From: Bdellovibrionales bacterium RIFOXYD12_FULL_39_22
GTDB taxonomy: Bacteria; Bdellovibrionota; Bacteriovoracia; Bacteriovoracales; Bacteriovoracaceae
Direction: 5' to 3'
Length of the DNA stretch: 41,748 nucleotides
Assembly (NCBI GenBank): GCA_001770205.1
Contig: MEQL01000040.1
Coordinates: 62,001 to 103,748, forward strand
Positions 18,741-28,158 of this stretch are shown here, piece by piece. The position numbers were made by a program, and so were the translations under genes. Position 1 is the first letter of the stretch. Each line of letters begins with the position of its first letter. A model generated the notes under the pieces. It was not told where the DNA came from, made no database searches, and saw nothing but the letters and a program-made list of their open reading frames with translations.

Positions 18741-20531
18741 GCGAGATCTCTTTCGCTGTTTAAAGGATTTTTTTATCCCAGAAGAAATGCGATGTGCTTG
18801 CAATTGATCGCGTTGCTTATTGCGAGAGTTTTGGCCTTTGGCCACAAAAATTTCTTTTTTGCTATATGGATCTATCTGTGTCCAATACATGGCAGATGCT
18901 AGGGTCATGGGTAAAGGAATAAATGCCTGGACTTGTTGTAATTGCCAATTTTCCTGTTTTAACCAGCTAGATATTTTTTCCATCATTTCTGGCGTACTTC
19001 CAGGGAAAGAAGAGATAAAATAAGGAACGATATATTGTTCCTTCTCTGCCTCGCTAGAAATTTTTTCAAAGATTTTCATAAAGGCAACAAACTGGGAAAA
19101 GCTAGGTTTGCGCATCAAATTTAGTACTTCCTCGTTGGTGTGCTCTGGGGCAACTTTAAGATGGCCGCCGACATGTTTGCTGATGAGTTCGCGAAGATAA
19201 TTCTCATCACGCATGGCCAAATCGTAACGCACTCCGCTGGCAATAAAAATACGGCGAACTTTTTCTATGCTAGATGCTTGTCGTAGAAGATCTACTTGTC
19301 GAGAGTGATTGCAATCCATATTCTCGCAGATATCGGGATGTAGACAGGATGGGCGATAGCACTTTTTGCACATCTCCAGATCCTTCCCTTGTAGCTTGTA
19401 CATGTTGGCCGTAGGCCCACCCAAGTCAGAGATTATTCCAGTGAAGTGTTTACTCTTGGTTAGTCGTTTTATCTCTTCTAAAATAGATTTCTCGGATCGT
19501 GATTGGACAAATTTCCCTTGGTGTTGAGTTAGTGCACAAAAAGAACAACCACCAAAGCATCCTCGATTAATAGTTATTGAGTTCTTAACGGTCTCTAGTC
19601 CGGGAATTTTTTCCTTATAACTCCAGTGTTGTTCTTTGGTAAAAGGTAGATCGTAGATTTCATCCATTTCTTTTTCAGATATTGGAAGTCCGGGGGGCGT
19701 TACCACGATAGCAATCTCTTTGTGAAATTGAATTAGTGTTTTGGCGTTGTAAGGATTAATCTGATTTAAAGAATAAAGCATCGCACGAGAAAATGTTTTC
19801 TTATCACGCCTGACTTCTTCAAAGCTTGGCAGGATTATTTTTTCTTCAATTCTACCCACATCTTCTCGTTCCATCTTAAAAACAAATCCACGCTCGTTTT
19901 GTAACTGAAGTTTTCGCAGTACCGGACGCCACCAATTTGGGTTGTTAGTGGAAGCATTTTTTTTGGCATTATCTAGTTGCCGGGCCAGCAGTAGCGATTG
20001 CTTTTCGGCCATGCCGTAGGCAATCAAGTCAAAGGGGGAGTCTGCTAAAATTGAAGGCACTACTTTGTTTTGCCAATAGTCATAATGGGCCAGTCGGCGT
20101 AGCGCAATTTCTACTCCGCCTCCAATTATTGGAAGGTTTGGAAAGATCTCTTTAGCATACTTTGCAAAAACTACTCCGGCATAATCGGGGCGTAATCCTC
20201 CCTTGCCACCTTCTGAATAAACATCATCGGAACGTTTACGCTTATTCGCAGTGTAATTATTCACCATGGAGTCAACCACTCCAGTTCCAATGCCAACAAA
20301 AAGGCGAGGAGTTCCCAGCCGAAGTAAGTCTTGGGCGGTTTGTGGTTGGGCAACAATTCCTACGCGAAATCCATTGTTTTCTAAGAAGCGGGCCAGGAGA
20401 GGAATACCAAAACTTGGATGATCGACATAGGCATCACCGGATACGAATAAAATGTCTAGCTCGCTCCATGCACGGGCATCCATCTCTTCTTTTGACATCG
20501 GAAGAAATTTACAAAGCAGTTCTTGTTTCAA
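18732..20531 (-). CDS. ygiQ: YgiQ family radical SAM protein
   Basis: FLPMSKEEM, SGDAYVDHPSFG, RGCFGGCSFC, DLGGPTANMY, LKVAPEH. Confidence 0.92.
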   Translation of the reverse strand: MKQELLCKFLPMSKEEMDARAWSELDILFVSGDAYVDHPSFGIPLLARFLENNGFRVGIVAQPQTAQDLLRLGTPRLFVGIGTGVVDSMVNNYTANKRKRSDDVYSEGGKGGLRPDYAGVVFAKYAKEIFPNLPIIGGGVEIALRRLAHYDYWQNKVVPSILADSPFDLIAYGMAEKQSLLLARQLDNAKKNASTNNPNWWRPVLRKLQLQNERGFVFKMEREDVGRIEEKIILPSFEEVRRDKKTFSRAMLYSLNQINPYNAKTLIQFHKEIAIVVTPPGLPISEKEMDEIYDLPFTKEQHWSYKEKIPGLETVKNSITINRGCFGGCSFCALTQHQGKFVQSRSEKSILEEIKRLTKSKHFTGIISDLGGPTANMYKLQGKDLEMCKKCYRPSCLHPDICENMDCNHSRQVDLLRQASSIEKVRRIFIASGVRYDLAMRDENYLRELISKHVGGHLKVAPEHTNEEVLNLMRKPSFSQFVAFMKIFEKISSEAEKEQYIVPYFISSFPGSTPEMMEKISSWLKQENWQLQQVQAFIPLPMTLASAMYWTQIDPYSKKEIFVAKGQNSRNKQRDQLQAHRISSGIKKSFKQRKRSRLG

Positions 20532-21293
20532 TTAGGCCTCTCGCTTAACAATGGAGGCCGAGGCTTGCGCGTTAGGTAAAACTATAATGTCGGCCAAATT
20601 GACATGAGGCGGGCGAGTGGCCACAAAGAGAATGGTTTGTGCAATATCGTCGGCGGCAAGGGGCGTTAGACCGCGGTAAACACTTTTAGCTTTTTCATAA
20701 TCTCCCTTAAAACGCACTAGAGAAAATTCCGTCTCCACCATTCCAGGATTAATAATGCTAACTTTTATTCCGTAAGAATTTAGATCCATACGCATGCCAC
20801 GATTGAGTGCGTCTACTGCAAACTTAGAAGCACAGTAAACTGCGCCATTAGGGTAGACTTCTTTTCCCGCCAGTGATCCAACATTAATAATATGGCCAGC
20901 TTTACGCGCAATCATAGAGGGAATTATTGCTTTAGAAACATAAAGTAGTCCCTTGAGATTTATATCAACCATTGCCTCAATATCATCCATTAACGCAGAG
21001 TCGATGGGATCTAATCCGTGTGCATTGCCTGCGTTATTAATTAGAATATCAATTTGAGTAAATTCTGCTGGTAGTGATTGGATGGCATTTTCAACTTCTG
21101 ATCTATTGCGCACATCAAATTTGAGGGTATGTATTTTGGCGAACTCAGATAACTCATTTTGTAGTTCCTGTAGTCGTTCTTCCCTGCGGCCACAAAGAAT
21201 TAGATTATAGCGCAACTCTTTGGCAAAGAGATTAGCGCAGGCCCGGCCAATACCGGAAGTGGCGCCAGTTATAAAAACAGTTTTACAATACAT
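20532..21293 (-). CDS. Short-chain dehydrogenase/reductase (YdfG-like)
   Basis: TGATSGIG, NNAG, YCASK, PGMVETEFS. Confidence 0.93.
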   Translation of the reverse strand: MYCKTVFITGATSGIGRACANLFAKELRYNLILCGRREERLQELQNELSEFAKIHTLKFDVRNRSEVENAIQSLPAEFTQIDILINNAGNAHGLDPIDSALMDDIEAMVDINLKGLLYVSKAIIPSMIARKAGHIINVGSLAGKEVYPNGAVYCASKFAVDALNRGMRMDLNSYGIKVSIINPGMVETEFSLVRFKGDYEKAKSVYRGLTPLAADDIAQTILFVATRPPHVNLADIIVLPNAQASASIVKREA

Positions 21294-21436
21294 GAAATAC
21301 TCCTCAGTTATTTATGGTGTTACAAAATCCAACGCTTTTGTACTTTATGCCACGATCTTGACCCATTATCAATAGTGGTTCTTTCTGAAGGGAAATCAAG
21401 TTTCTCCAAATACGATGGCCTCTTATACAAACAACT

Positions 21437-22552
21437 CTACTTCATTTCTTTTCCATCCATCCCAACTAATGTTTTAATTAGGCCATTCCAGAGATTGATA
21501 GAGTAACGTTTGATTTTATGATCAAAAATTTTATCTCTAGTTCTGGCATCTGCATTTTGTAAAGACTCTTTAATTTTATTAATATCCTTTTGCGTAAGTC
21601 GGCGCATATTCGCTACATCTTGGGCATCAATTCCATTTTCCTCGCGAAGAAGTTCATCATGAATTGTCCCTAATTCATCAATGTATTTAACTTGACCTAT
21701 GTGGATGTAACTCATTTGCGCCAGTATCTGATTGATTGTGGCGCTACCACTTCGCTCATAATTTTTTGCCATAGTATATGGAACAGTAGTGACGATATCC
21801 AAATGATTAACCAATCGATAGTGAGCAACATTAAAGGCCAACTGAAAGGGAATATTTGCCACCCGAGGAGAGCCAAAGGTGTAGAGGGCCACAACATTAG
21901 CACCGGCCTTCTCTAAACGGTCGGCGGCCAATGTGGCCAGTGCAGCTCCGAGACTGTGTCCAGTAATCCAAAGTGGCCTATTTGTTCTATCTTTTTTTGC
22001 AAAATATTCTGCAATTTTATCCCACACTTTATTTAATACTCGTTGAAATCCGTGATGTACTTTTCCTGCGCCATATTCATTGCTGGCCAAGGCAACTCCT
22101 AAATCAGCAATCCAATCTAAAACTGCCTGTGTTTGTTTGCCTTCCGTGCCGCGAAAAACTAAGATTGTTCCATGATCATTACTGAGTATATATACTTGTG
22201 TGCTCTCTTCTGAAAAAAAATCAACTTCGGAAAAACCAGCGGCCGCAAAGTAGCTGGCCGCTTCGTTGTTAGGAAGATAACTAATACCGGAGAGTTCGCT
22301 TAACCACCAAGCATTTTTTAAATTAAACTCCCGAGTATCGTAGTCAAAGGGGATTTTTTCAGCATTTTCTAAGTATTTGTAGTTTTCAAGAGAGAGCATC
22401 TCTTCTCCCTTAACTTCGCTATAACTTTTAGATGTCAATTCGAAAGTAGAATTGGGAGTTCGATTGATTTGAGGAAGAGCGCAGGATGACAGTGCCAATA
22501 TCCATGCCAAAATTAAAACTGCACTCTTTTTTAATCTAAGCATATTTTGCAT
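21437..22552 (-). CDS. Class 3 lipase, probable lipoprotein
   Basis: Lipobox LALSSC; VFRGT, VHHGF, TGHSLGA, TFGSPR. Start at 22552 chosen from the GAGG RBS; the ORF track gives 22606. Confidence 0.88.
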   Translation of the reverse strand: MQNMLRLKKSAVLILAWILALSSCALPQINRTPNSTFELTSKSYSEVKGEEMLSLENYKYLENAEKIPFDYDTREFNLKNAWWLSELSGISYLPNNEAASYFAAAGFSEVDFFSEESTQVYILSNDHGTILVFRGTEGKQTQAVLDWIADLGVALASNEYGAGKVHHGFQRVLNKVWDKIAEYFAKKDRTNRPLWITGHSLGAALATLAADRLEKAGANVVALYTFGSPRVANIPFQLAFNVAHYRLVNHLDIVTTVPYTMAKNYERSGSATINQILAQMSYIHIGQVKYIDELGTIHDELLREENGIDAQDVANMRRLTQKDINKIKESLQNADARTRDKIFDHKIKRYSINLWNGLIKTLVGMDGKEMK

Positions 22553-22674
22553 AATGTGCCTCACTGGTTTAACTAGTGAGTAGCAAAAAAGAGGCCGGCC
22601 GGTCATCGATAACTGGGCGTATTTTGGTTTAGGCCAGAGAAGAAAATGTATAGAAAAAAATATATGTCAAAACT

Positions 22675-23481
22675 TTAGTAAGGGTTTTTTAAGTACTCTT
22701 GTACCGAGGCAACAAGCCGTTTGATACCAACGCCATCAATTACTCGATGGTCAATGGTGGAAGAAAAAGGGATCATTGGCCTTACCACAGGGGCCCCATT
22801 TTCCGCTACTACTTGATCGCCTATTTTTCCAACGGCAATCACCATGGGACAGCGAGAGTATGGAACTAGTGGAGCATAGGCCCGTTCCAGCCCCAGTGAG
22901 CCGATAGAGGTTACCATGGCGCTTCCAAAACCATCACGAGGAGCACCGATAAGCGGTGACCAGAAGTTTAGATTGTATAGGATAAAGGCCAAAGTATCGA
23001 GCAGTGGCCCTACAAACCATCCAGGTAGTAACTCCATAATACCTTTAGATTTGCTATATTCTTTTTCCTCTCCAGTACGAATTTCTACCACTTTTTTTCG
23101 CACCTCTTCCGCAATTTCATCAAGTGGCCGTTTATGGCAGTTGCGAATGACTAATCCGGAGAGATCCTCCCCATCATCATCAGTGGCAACCTGTAAAAAA
23201 ATATCTACATTTTTGCGTCTATATACCCGTCCAAAGCGCTGCAGTACATTGGCGGAGGGAACCTTGTCTAGCGCTACGGCGATGGCCTTGGCAGCAATAA
23301 TAGTGGGGGTAATTTTAATGTTGCGCAGGCGGTGTTCTTCGATTACTCGTAAACACGGCCTGGCATCAAAATACATCTCACCATAGACGGAAGGATCTCC
23401 CAATTTTCGCCAAGTTCCGACCGCCACTTTTCGCCAGGGACTGTTTTTTTTGTATGGCAACAATTCAACATTATGAAACAT
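22675..23481 (-). CDS. Stand-alone 2-oxoacid dehydrogenase E2-type acyltransferase catalytic domain
   Basis: TSIGSLG, IAVGKI, TIDHRVIDG; no lipoyl domain. Confidence 0.88.
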   Translation of the reverse strand: MFHNVELLPYKKNSPWRKVAVGTWRKLGDPSVYGEMYFDARPCLRVIEEHRLRNIKITPTIIAAKAIAVALDKVPSANVLQRFGRVYRRKNVDIFLQVATDDDGEDLSGLVIRNCHKRPLDEIAEEVRKKVVEIRTGEEKEYSKSKGIMELLPGWFVGPLLDTLAFILYNLNFWSPLIGAPRDGFGSAMVTSIGSLGLERAYAPLVPYSRCPMVIAVGKIGDQVVAENGAPVVRPMIPFSSTIDHRVIDGVGIKRLVASVQEYLKNPY

Positions 23482-23511
23482 TCTTATTCATCCTTTGATC
23501 GCTTGTCGTAA

Positions 23512-24075
23512 TTATTTACAGTAATTTTCTTCCCAGAAGTAGCGATCGCATATGAAGGTGCTATTTATACAATCCATGTTATTGCTTGAGTTATAAACTC
23601 TGAATCGGCACTGACGAGACTCTTCCTGATTGATGGATACCACAAAATCACCTTCGGCCATCAATACATTATTTTTTAGCAATCGATAGTGGATATTATT
23701 GTTGCCTGCATCGAGTAATGGACGTTGTAACAGAGTCCAGACCCACAGATTAAACGAGGAAGAGCTTTCCTTGTGTAGTCGATTAAAGGCCGAACTTTTT
23801 TTAACGATTTTTCCATTTTCCCAGGTAGCAATAAGTTCTACTTTGTCAGCGTCAATATCTGCATCGTAATAAAATTTCGACCAATTACCCCCAGAAAGCA
23901 TGTTAGCGGCACATCGCTGGAAGCTTGTTTCATAAGCATCATATTCAAAGCAATGAATTAGAATTTCACCGCGAAGATGGGCCACTGTCAGATTATTGCC
24001 GGAGCGAAAACCGGCCAGTTCATTGGCAAAAAGAGTGTCTATAATAAGAAAGGCCATAATTGAAAAAAATTTCAT
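23512..24075 (-). CDS. Secreted Cys-containing hypothetical protein
   Basis: Signal-peptide-like N-terminus; GGAGG RBS; several Cys. Confidence 0.75.
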   Translation of the reverse strand: MKFFSIMAFLIIDTLFANELAGFRSGNNLTVAHLRGEILIHCFEYDAYETSFQRCAANMLSGGNWSKFYYDADIDADKVELIATWENGKIVKKSSAFNRLHKESSSSFNLWVWTLLQRPLLDAGNNNIHYRLLKNNVLMAEGDFVVSINQEESRQCRFRVYNSSNNMDCINSTFICDRYFWEENYCK

Positions 24076-24162
24076 ATTACCTCCAAAAAAAATAAAAAGA
24101 AAGTGCTCCCATGAAATGGTAGTGTGGCCTTAACCCTTTAGCAAGTTGCATGAGAGAACTTT

Positions 24163-24552
24163 TTATGGACGATTTTTTAGGTCATTTATAATTTGTGTGA
24201 CACATTCTTCAAGGTCGTACGGTTTATAAAAAACCCGAACGACTCCGCGACGCCAAAGGCCCTCCATTTCCGGATCATAGGAGCCTGTTGTGGCGTAAAA
24301 ACTTATTCCCTGGGCCTTTGTCATTTCAAAAAGTTCTATTCCATTTACAGATGGCATACATACATCTGAAAATATTGCATCAATTTTATTATTAAAGACT
24401 ATATCGAGTGCTTGTAAGGAAGAAGTTGCGGTGTATACGCGAAGTCCTTCGCGAGTAAAAAAATAGTCACAAATGGCAAGTAAATCCTCCTCGTCATCGA
24501 CAATTAAAATGGAGTAAGGGGAGTGCTCTTTTTTTTCATCTTGTGAATTCAT
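24163..24552 (-). CDS. Single-domain response regulator (receiver)
   Basis: ILIVDDE, SDVCMP, TTG, YKP. Confidence 0.9.
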   Translation of the reverse strand: MNSQDEKKEHSPYSILIVDDEEDLLAICDYFFTREGLRVYTATSSLQALDIVFNNKIDAIFSDVCMPSVNGIELFEMTKAQGISFYATTGSYDPEMEGLWRRGVVRVFYKPYDLEECVTQIINDLKNRP

Positions 24553-24733
24553 TGTTGGCCCATATTGTTTCCATATGGAATATTATTGGCAATATTTAGA
24601 GGAAGTAAAGGAAGATAAATATTCCATATAAACTTAAGCACCTGAGCTAATATGCTGATAATACATGCTATTTATAATATATTGAGAAAAGTTTATCGAC
24701 TAACAGATCTGTTCTTATGTTATTTTAAAGTAC

Positions 24734-25687
24734 GTGTTATTATTCTTGTCGCATAAGTTATTGGCAAACAAGGATGAAGAGTTGTTTTCACCAAATAATG
24801 AACCAGAGATCCACAAAAATGTTAAAAATTTTCTAGCACGCCTACAATTTGGATTAAATTTGTCTGACAATGAATTGGCAGATTATATGGGGTACCGCCT
24901 CGTTGATTTTGAACAACATGTGCGAAAAACATTTGATATTTCCATAAATCATCTCGCAAGATTGGCAGAAAGTTTTAATGTTGGAGTGGAAAATATTATC
25001 CAAGGAACAGCTGATGTTTCGCAATTAATAAAGAGGTTCCAGGGAGATGTCTATTGCTTACCAGAGCGTTATCAAATTTTTAGTAAAAGTAAGATGGAAG
25101 TGGCCAGATATACCTTGGGATTTATCGAGGATAGTTTTGGAGTTGATACCAAGCAAATGGTTATGCGCCAACTACAGCTTTCGGATCAACTGATTTTTTC
25201 AGATTGCCACGAAATTAATTTATTACTGGCAGTTGATATTTGTGAACGGATTGCGAAATTACCGCATGGCCAAGAGATGTTGATGCAGATGGGACGCAAC
25301 TTTCATGAACGCAATAAAGAGCAACAGTGGGCCAACGCAGTTAGAGAAATTGAAAAATATGGTGAATTATACTCTTTTTTTAGTGAAGTAGTTGTTCCCA
25401 ACTATGTAGAGAAAAATTTTAAATGGCAGGTGCAAAAAGTCGAAAATGGCTCCTTGATTATAACCGGAACTCCGGAGGTCGAATTATTGGAGATGCTTGG
25501 AAAAGAAAATGTGTGCAAAAAATCAATGGCCCATTTACGTGCCGGTTTTTTATCCTCTGTCGCACAATTTGCCGGCCAAGATCCATTATGGGCAGAGCTT
25601 TTATATTCCACCGCTGATGGATATGACTGCGAGGCCTATAGAATCCATTTTAGTGGCGACGTAAAGTTTAGAAAAAACATCATGTAA
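24734..25687 (+). CDS. XRE-like HTH protein with a C-terminal V4R/H-NOX-like putative ligand-binding domain
   Basis: LNLSDNELADYMG...ISINHLARLAESFNVGVENI HTH; LPERY linker; ends ELLYSTADGYDCEAYRIHF. Start may be TTG at 24782 (AAGGA upstream). Confidence 0.7.
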   Translation: MLLFLSHKLLANKDEELFSPNNEPEIHKNVKNFLARLQFGLNLSDNELADYMGYRLVDFEQHVRKTFDISINHLARLAESFNVGVENIIQGTADVSQLIKRFQGDVYCLPERYQIFSKSKMEVARYTLGFIEDSFGVDTKQMVMRQLQLSDQLIFSDCHEINLLLAVDICERIAKLPHGQEMLMQMGRNFHERNKEQQWANAVREIEKYGELYSFFSEVVVPNYVEKNFKWQVQKVENGSLIITGTPEVELLEMLGKENVCKKSMAHLRAGFLSSVAQFAGQDPLWAELLYSTADGYDCEAYRIHFSGDVKFRKNIM

Positions 25688-25705
25688 TGGCCGGCCACTA
25701 TATTC

Positions 25706-26482
25706 TTATGCTGCCCGCTGTTCTTTTTGTTTTATGATTTCTCGATTTTCTATGATGTAGCGATCTTCCCAAAGATGGAGATATTTACTTGCATGTTTTA
25801 GGCCTTCTTGCGAAAAGTGTTGCTGGTGCATTATGTAAAATTCTCCTCCATGTAAGGCATAGCTGTTAATGGTGGGAAGTTGTCGGCCATGGCGGGAGAG
25901 ATATTCCCAACCCAACTCTTTTTTGCGTAGATCAATTTTATATTTTGCCGCACAGGTCGCAATGACATGTCCAATATTATTTGACTTATATTGGTGCACA
26001 ATCATCGTTACGATAATATCCCAGAAAATTGCCATATTCTCCTTAGTGCGCAAATGGGGTTGTATTGTAAAGGAGCCATTGTAGCCTAGATTTGTTCCTC
26101 CATCCTCTTGACGGTGAAATTCTACAATCTCTGCAACGGCCTGCAAATGATCTGGAGAACAATTTTCACCACTAATCATACCAAAGATGGGGAAATTTAT
26201 TCGATGAAAATCACATTTGGCCAGCGTGACGGACTTCATTCCCATGATAGGTTCAAAAAAACCATTCTCTTCAATACAGAGCAAAATATGGTCTGCTACA
26301 AAATCAGAGGCATCAAAGGGAAGCACCCCAAGTGGATATTCTTTAGTGTATCCTGCAATTTTTAGAGACATTACTTTGGGAAATAAGCTACGAGCTAAGT
26401 GTGATTGCGTTGATTCTGTTAGTAATAGATCGTACATGGACTTAATAACCACAATTTTAAATTTTCTCTGGTCAATGGCCAT
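25706..26482 (-). CDS. Divergent GNAT-fold acyltransferase, LuxI/FeeM-like (putative signal synthase)
   Basis: Motif spacing LKIAGY / FDASDFVADHILL / IMGMKSV / GSFTIQPHLR / IGHVIATC / ELGWE mirrors LuxI/FeeM-type synthases; AAGGAG RBS. Confidence 0.55.
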   Translation of the reverse strand: MAIDQRKFKIVVIKSMYDLLLTESTQSHLARSLFPKVMSLKIAGYTKEYPLGVLPFDASDFVADHILLCIEENGFFEPIMGMKSVTLAKCDFHRINFPIFGMISGENCSPDHLQAVAEIVEFHRQEDGGTNLGYNGSFTIQPHLRTKENMAIFWDIIVTMIVHQYKSNNIGHVIATCAAKYKIDLRKKELGWEYLSRHGRQLPTINSYALHGGEFYIMHQQHFSQEGLKHASKYLHLWEDRYIIENREIIKQKEQRAA

Positions 26483-26523
26483 AAAATATCACTCCTTTCA
26501 ATTAATATTGATATTATTAGTTC

Positions 26524-26550
26524 TGTTCGGAATTAAATTTTATGGCATTA
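26524..26550 (-). promoter_or_regulatory. Sigma-28-like promoter facing the acyltransferase gene
   Basis: Minus strand reads TAAT-N15-TCCGAACA. Confidence 0.4.
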
Positions 26551-26558
26551 GAAAAAAT

Positions 26559-26585
26559 TAATGAGGGATGGAATTTTGCCGATAG
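26559..26585 (+). promoter_or_regulatory. Sigma-28-like promoter facing the methyltransferase gene
   Basis: TAAT-N15-GCCGATAG, near consensus. Confidence 0.55.
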
Positions 26586-26611
26586 GCCCATCATTAACAA
26601 AAGGGGGGCAG

Positions 26612-27409
26612 ATGGGATATTTATTAGAGAGTAATGATGAAGCAAAAAGGTTAGAATTTCAGGCCAAACAGAGAAGTTATCTATTAGAAGGTGAAATGCA
26701 AATTCTTAGCAAACTTCCCTTGGCCGCCAATGCCAGCGTTTTAGATGCTGGATGTGGCACTGGATTAGTTTCTCGTTTTATAAAGAAGGTGCGGCCAGAT
26801 TTATTCCTAGAGGCCTGTGACTTTGCAGATATACGACTCAAACAGGGTGATATTTTTGCTCGAGCAGAAGGTATTTCAGATATCTCTTTTTTTAAGGCCA
26901 ATTTAGAACAGATTGAGCGTGCGGATGCTTCGTATGATTTAATAGTTTCGCGTTATGTTTTTGAACATTTATTAAATCCACAGGCAGTGGCCCATGAACT
27001 TTTTCGTCTGGCCCGACCTGGGGGATCTATTTGTTTAATAGATTTTGATGGTATTTTCGCAAATTTTTATACTCCCAATAAAGAAGTAATGAAAATGTTA
27101 AATAAAATTATGTCGGTATTGGAATTTGATCTTTTTATTGGAAGAAAGTTACCAACACTTTTACATTGCGCAGGTTTTTCCAACATTGAATGGGAGGTCT
27201 CTACTTCATATTTTAAAGGTGATGAGCTAAAAGAAGAGTATGAAAATTGTAAAGAACGACTTTCCTTTGCTCGACCTAAAATTGTGCAGGCACTAGGAAG
27301 TGATGGTGCTGCCGATCAATTTACAAAGTTATATCTGGAGGAAATGCAGCGGCCACACACTACACTATTTTATAATAAATTTATTACTCAAGGATATAAG
27401 AAGTTTTGA
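26612..27409 (+). CDS. Class I SAM-dependent methyltransferase
   Basis: VLDAGCGTG, YDLIVSRYVFEHL, RPGG, IGRKLP. Start ATG 26612 after AAGGGGGG; the ORF track gives 26561. Confidence 0.92.
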   Translation: MGYLLESNDEAKRLEFQAKQRSYLLEGEMQILSKLPLAANASVLDAGCGTGLVSRFIKKVRPDLFLEACDFADIRLKQGDIFARAEGISDISFFKANLEQIERADASYDLIVSRYVFEHLLNPQAVAHELFRLARPGGSICLIDFDGIFANFYTPNKEVMKMLNKIMSVLEFDLFIGRKLPTLLHCAGFSNIEWEVSTSYFKGDELKEEYENCKERLSFARPKIVQALGSDGAADQFTKLYLEEMQRPHTTLFYNKFITQGYKKF

Positions 27410-28158
27410 AGAGTATGAATAAAGTGATCTGACTCTTCTAGTGAGGGAAAGTGGGCACTGTTGGCAAAGATGACTGATTTATAATTGGAAGCTATTTTTT
27501 TGATGAGATTATTTTGATGGTGAAAGTTAACCACTTCATCGTGAGCACCATATATGGCCATAGTCGGAGTATTAATATTGGAAGGTAATTGTACGTTTAG
27601 CGTTTGGCGAACTCCAATAAAAGAAGTGACATCAAATTGCCATTGAGGGGATGAGCTGTTTATGGACCAATATTGCTCCATGGCCAATTTATTGGCCCAA
27701 TAATGGCGTTCTAAATGTGGATAGTCTGCTACTTGCAAAAAAGCATCCAAGTTAAAAAAATCGCTGCGGGCATTCTTTAAAAAATCAGAGTTTTTAATAT
27801 TTGCTACAAGAGAAAAAATCATCTTATCTACATGAAAAATATCTATGGCCGGAGCGATTAAGATTAGTTTTTTTATCGAGGAAGATAGCTCTTGGCATAA
27901 AGATAGTGCCGCAATGGCGGCAAATGAATGTGCGATGAGAATGGTGTTTTTATGGGTGATGCTGTTTTTGGCAGAATCAAACCACGCTTCGTAGGGAGAG
28001 AGTGAGCTATGTTTGTATCCACGGTTTACGGAGGGTTCATGCCAAAAGAAAATGTTGGACTGATCAAGGTTTAAGGCCGAAGAAATTTTATTCTTCAAAA
28101 GTTGTTCTTCCGCATTAGAGTTTCTGCCGGGGCCACCGTGTAGATAGACAATATTCAC
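27388..28158 (-). CDS. Alpha/beta hydrolase
   Basis: HGGPG, AHSFA (Ser), GAHDEVV (Asp), SAHFP (His); GTG start abuts the upstream stop. Confidence 0.9.
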   Translation of the reverse strand: MNIVYLHGGPGRNSNAEEQLLKNKISSALNLDQSNIFFWHEPSVNRGYKHSSLSPYEAWFDSAKNSITHKNTILIAHSFAAIAALSLCQELSSSIKKLILIAPAIDIFHVDKMIFSLVANIKNSDFLKNARSDFFNLDAFLQVADYPHLERHYWANKLAMEQYWSINSSSPQWQFDVTSFIGVRQTLNVQLPSNINTPTMAIYGAHDEVVNFHHQNNLIKKIASNYKSVIFANSAHFPSLEESDHFIHTLQNFLYP

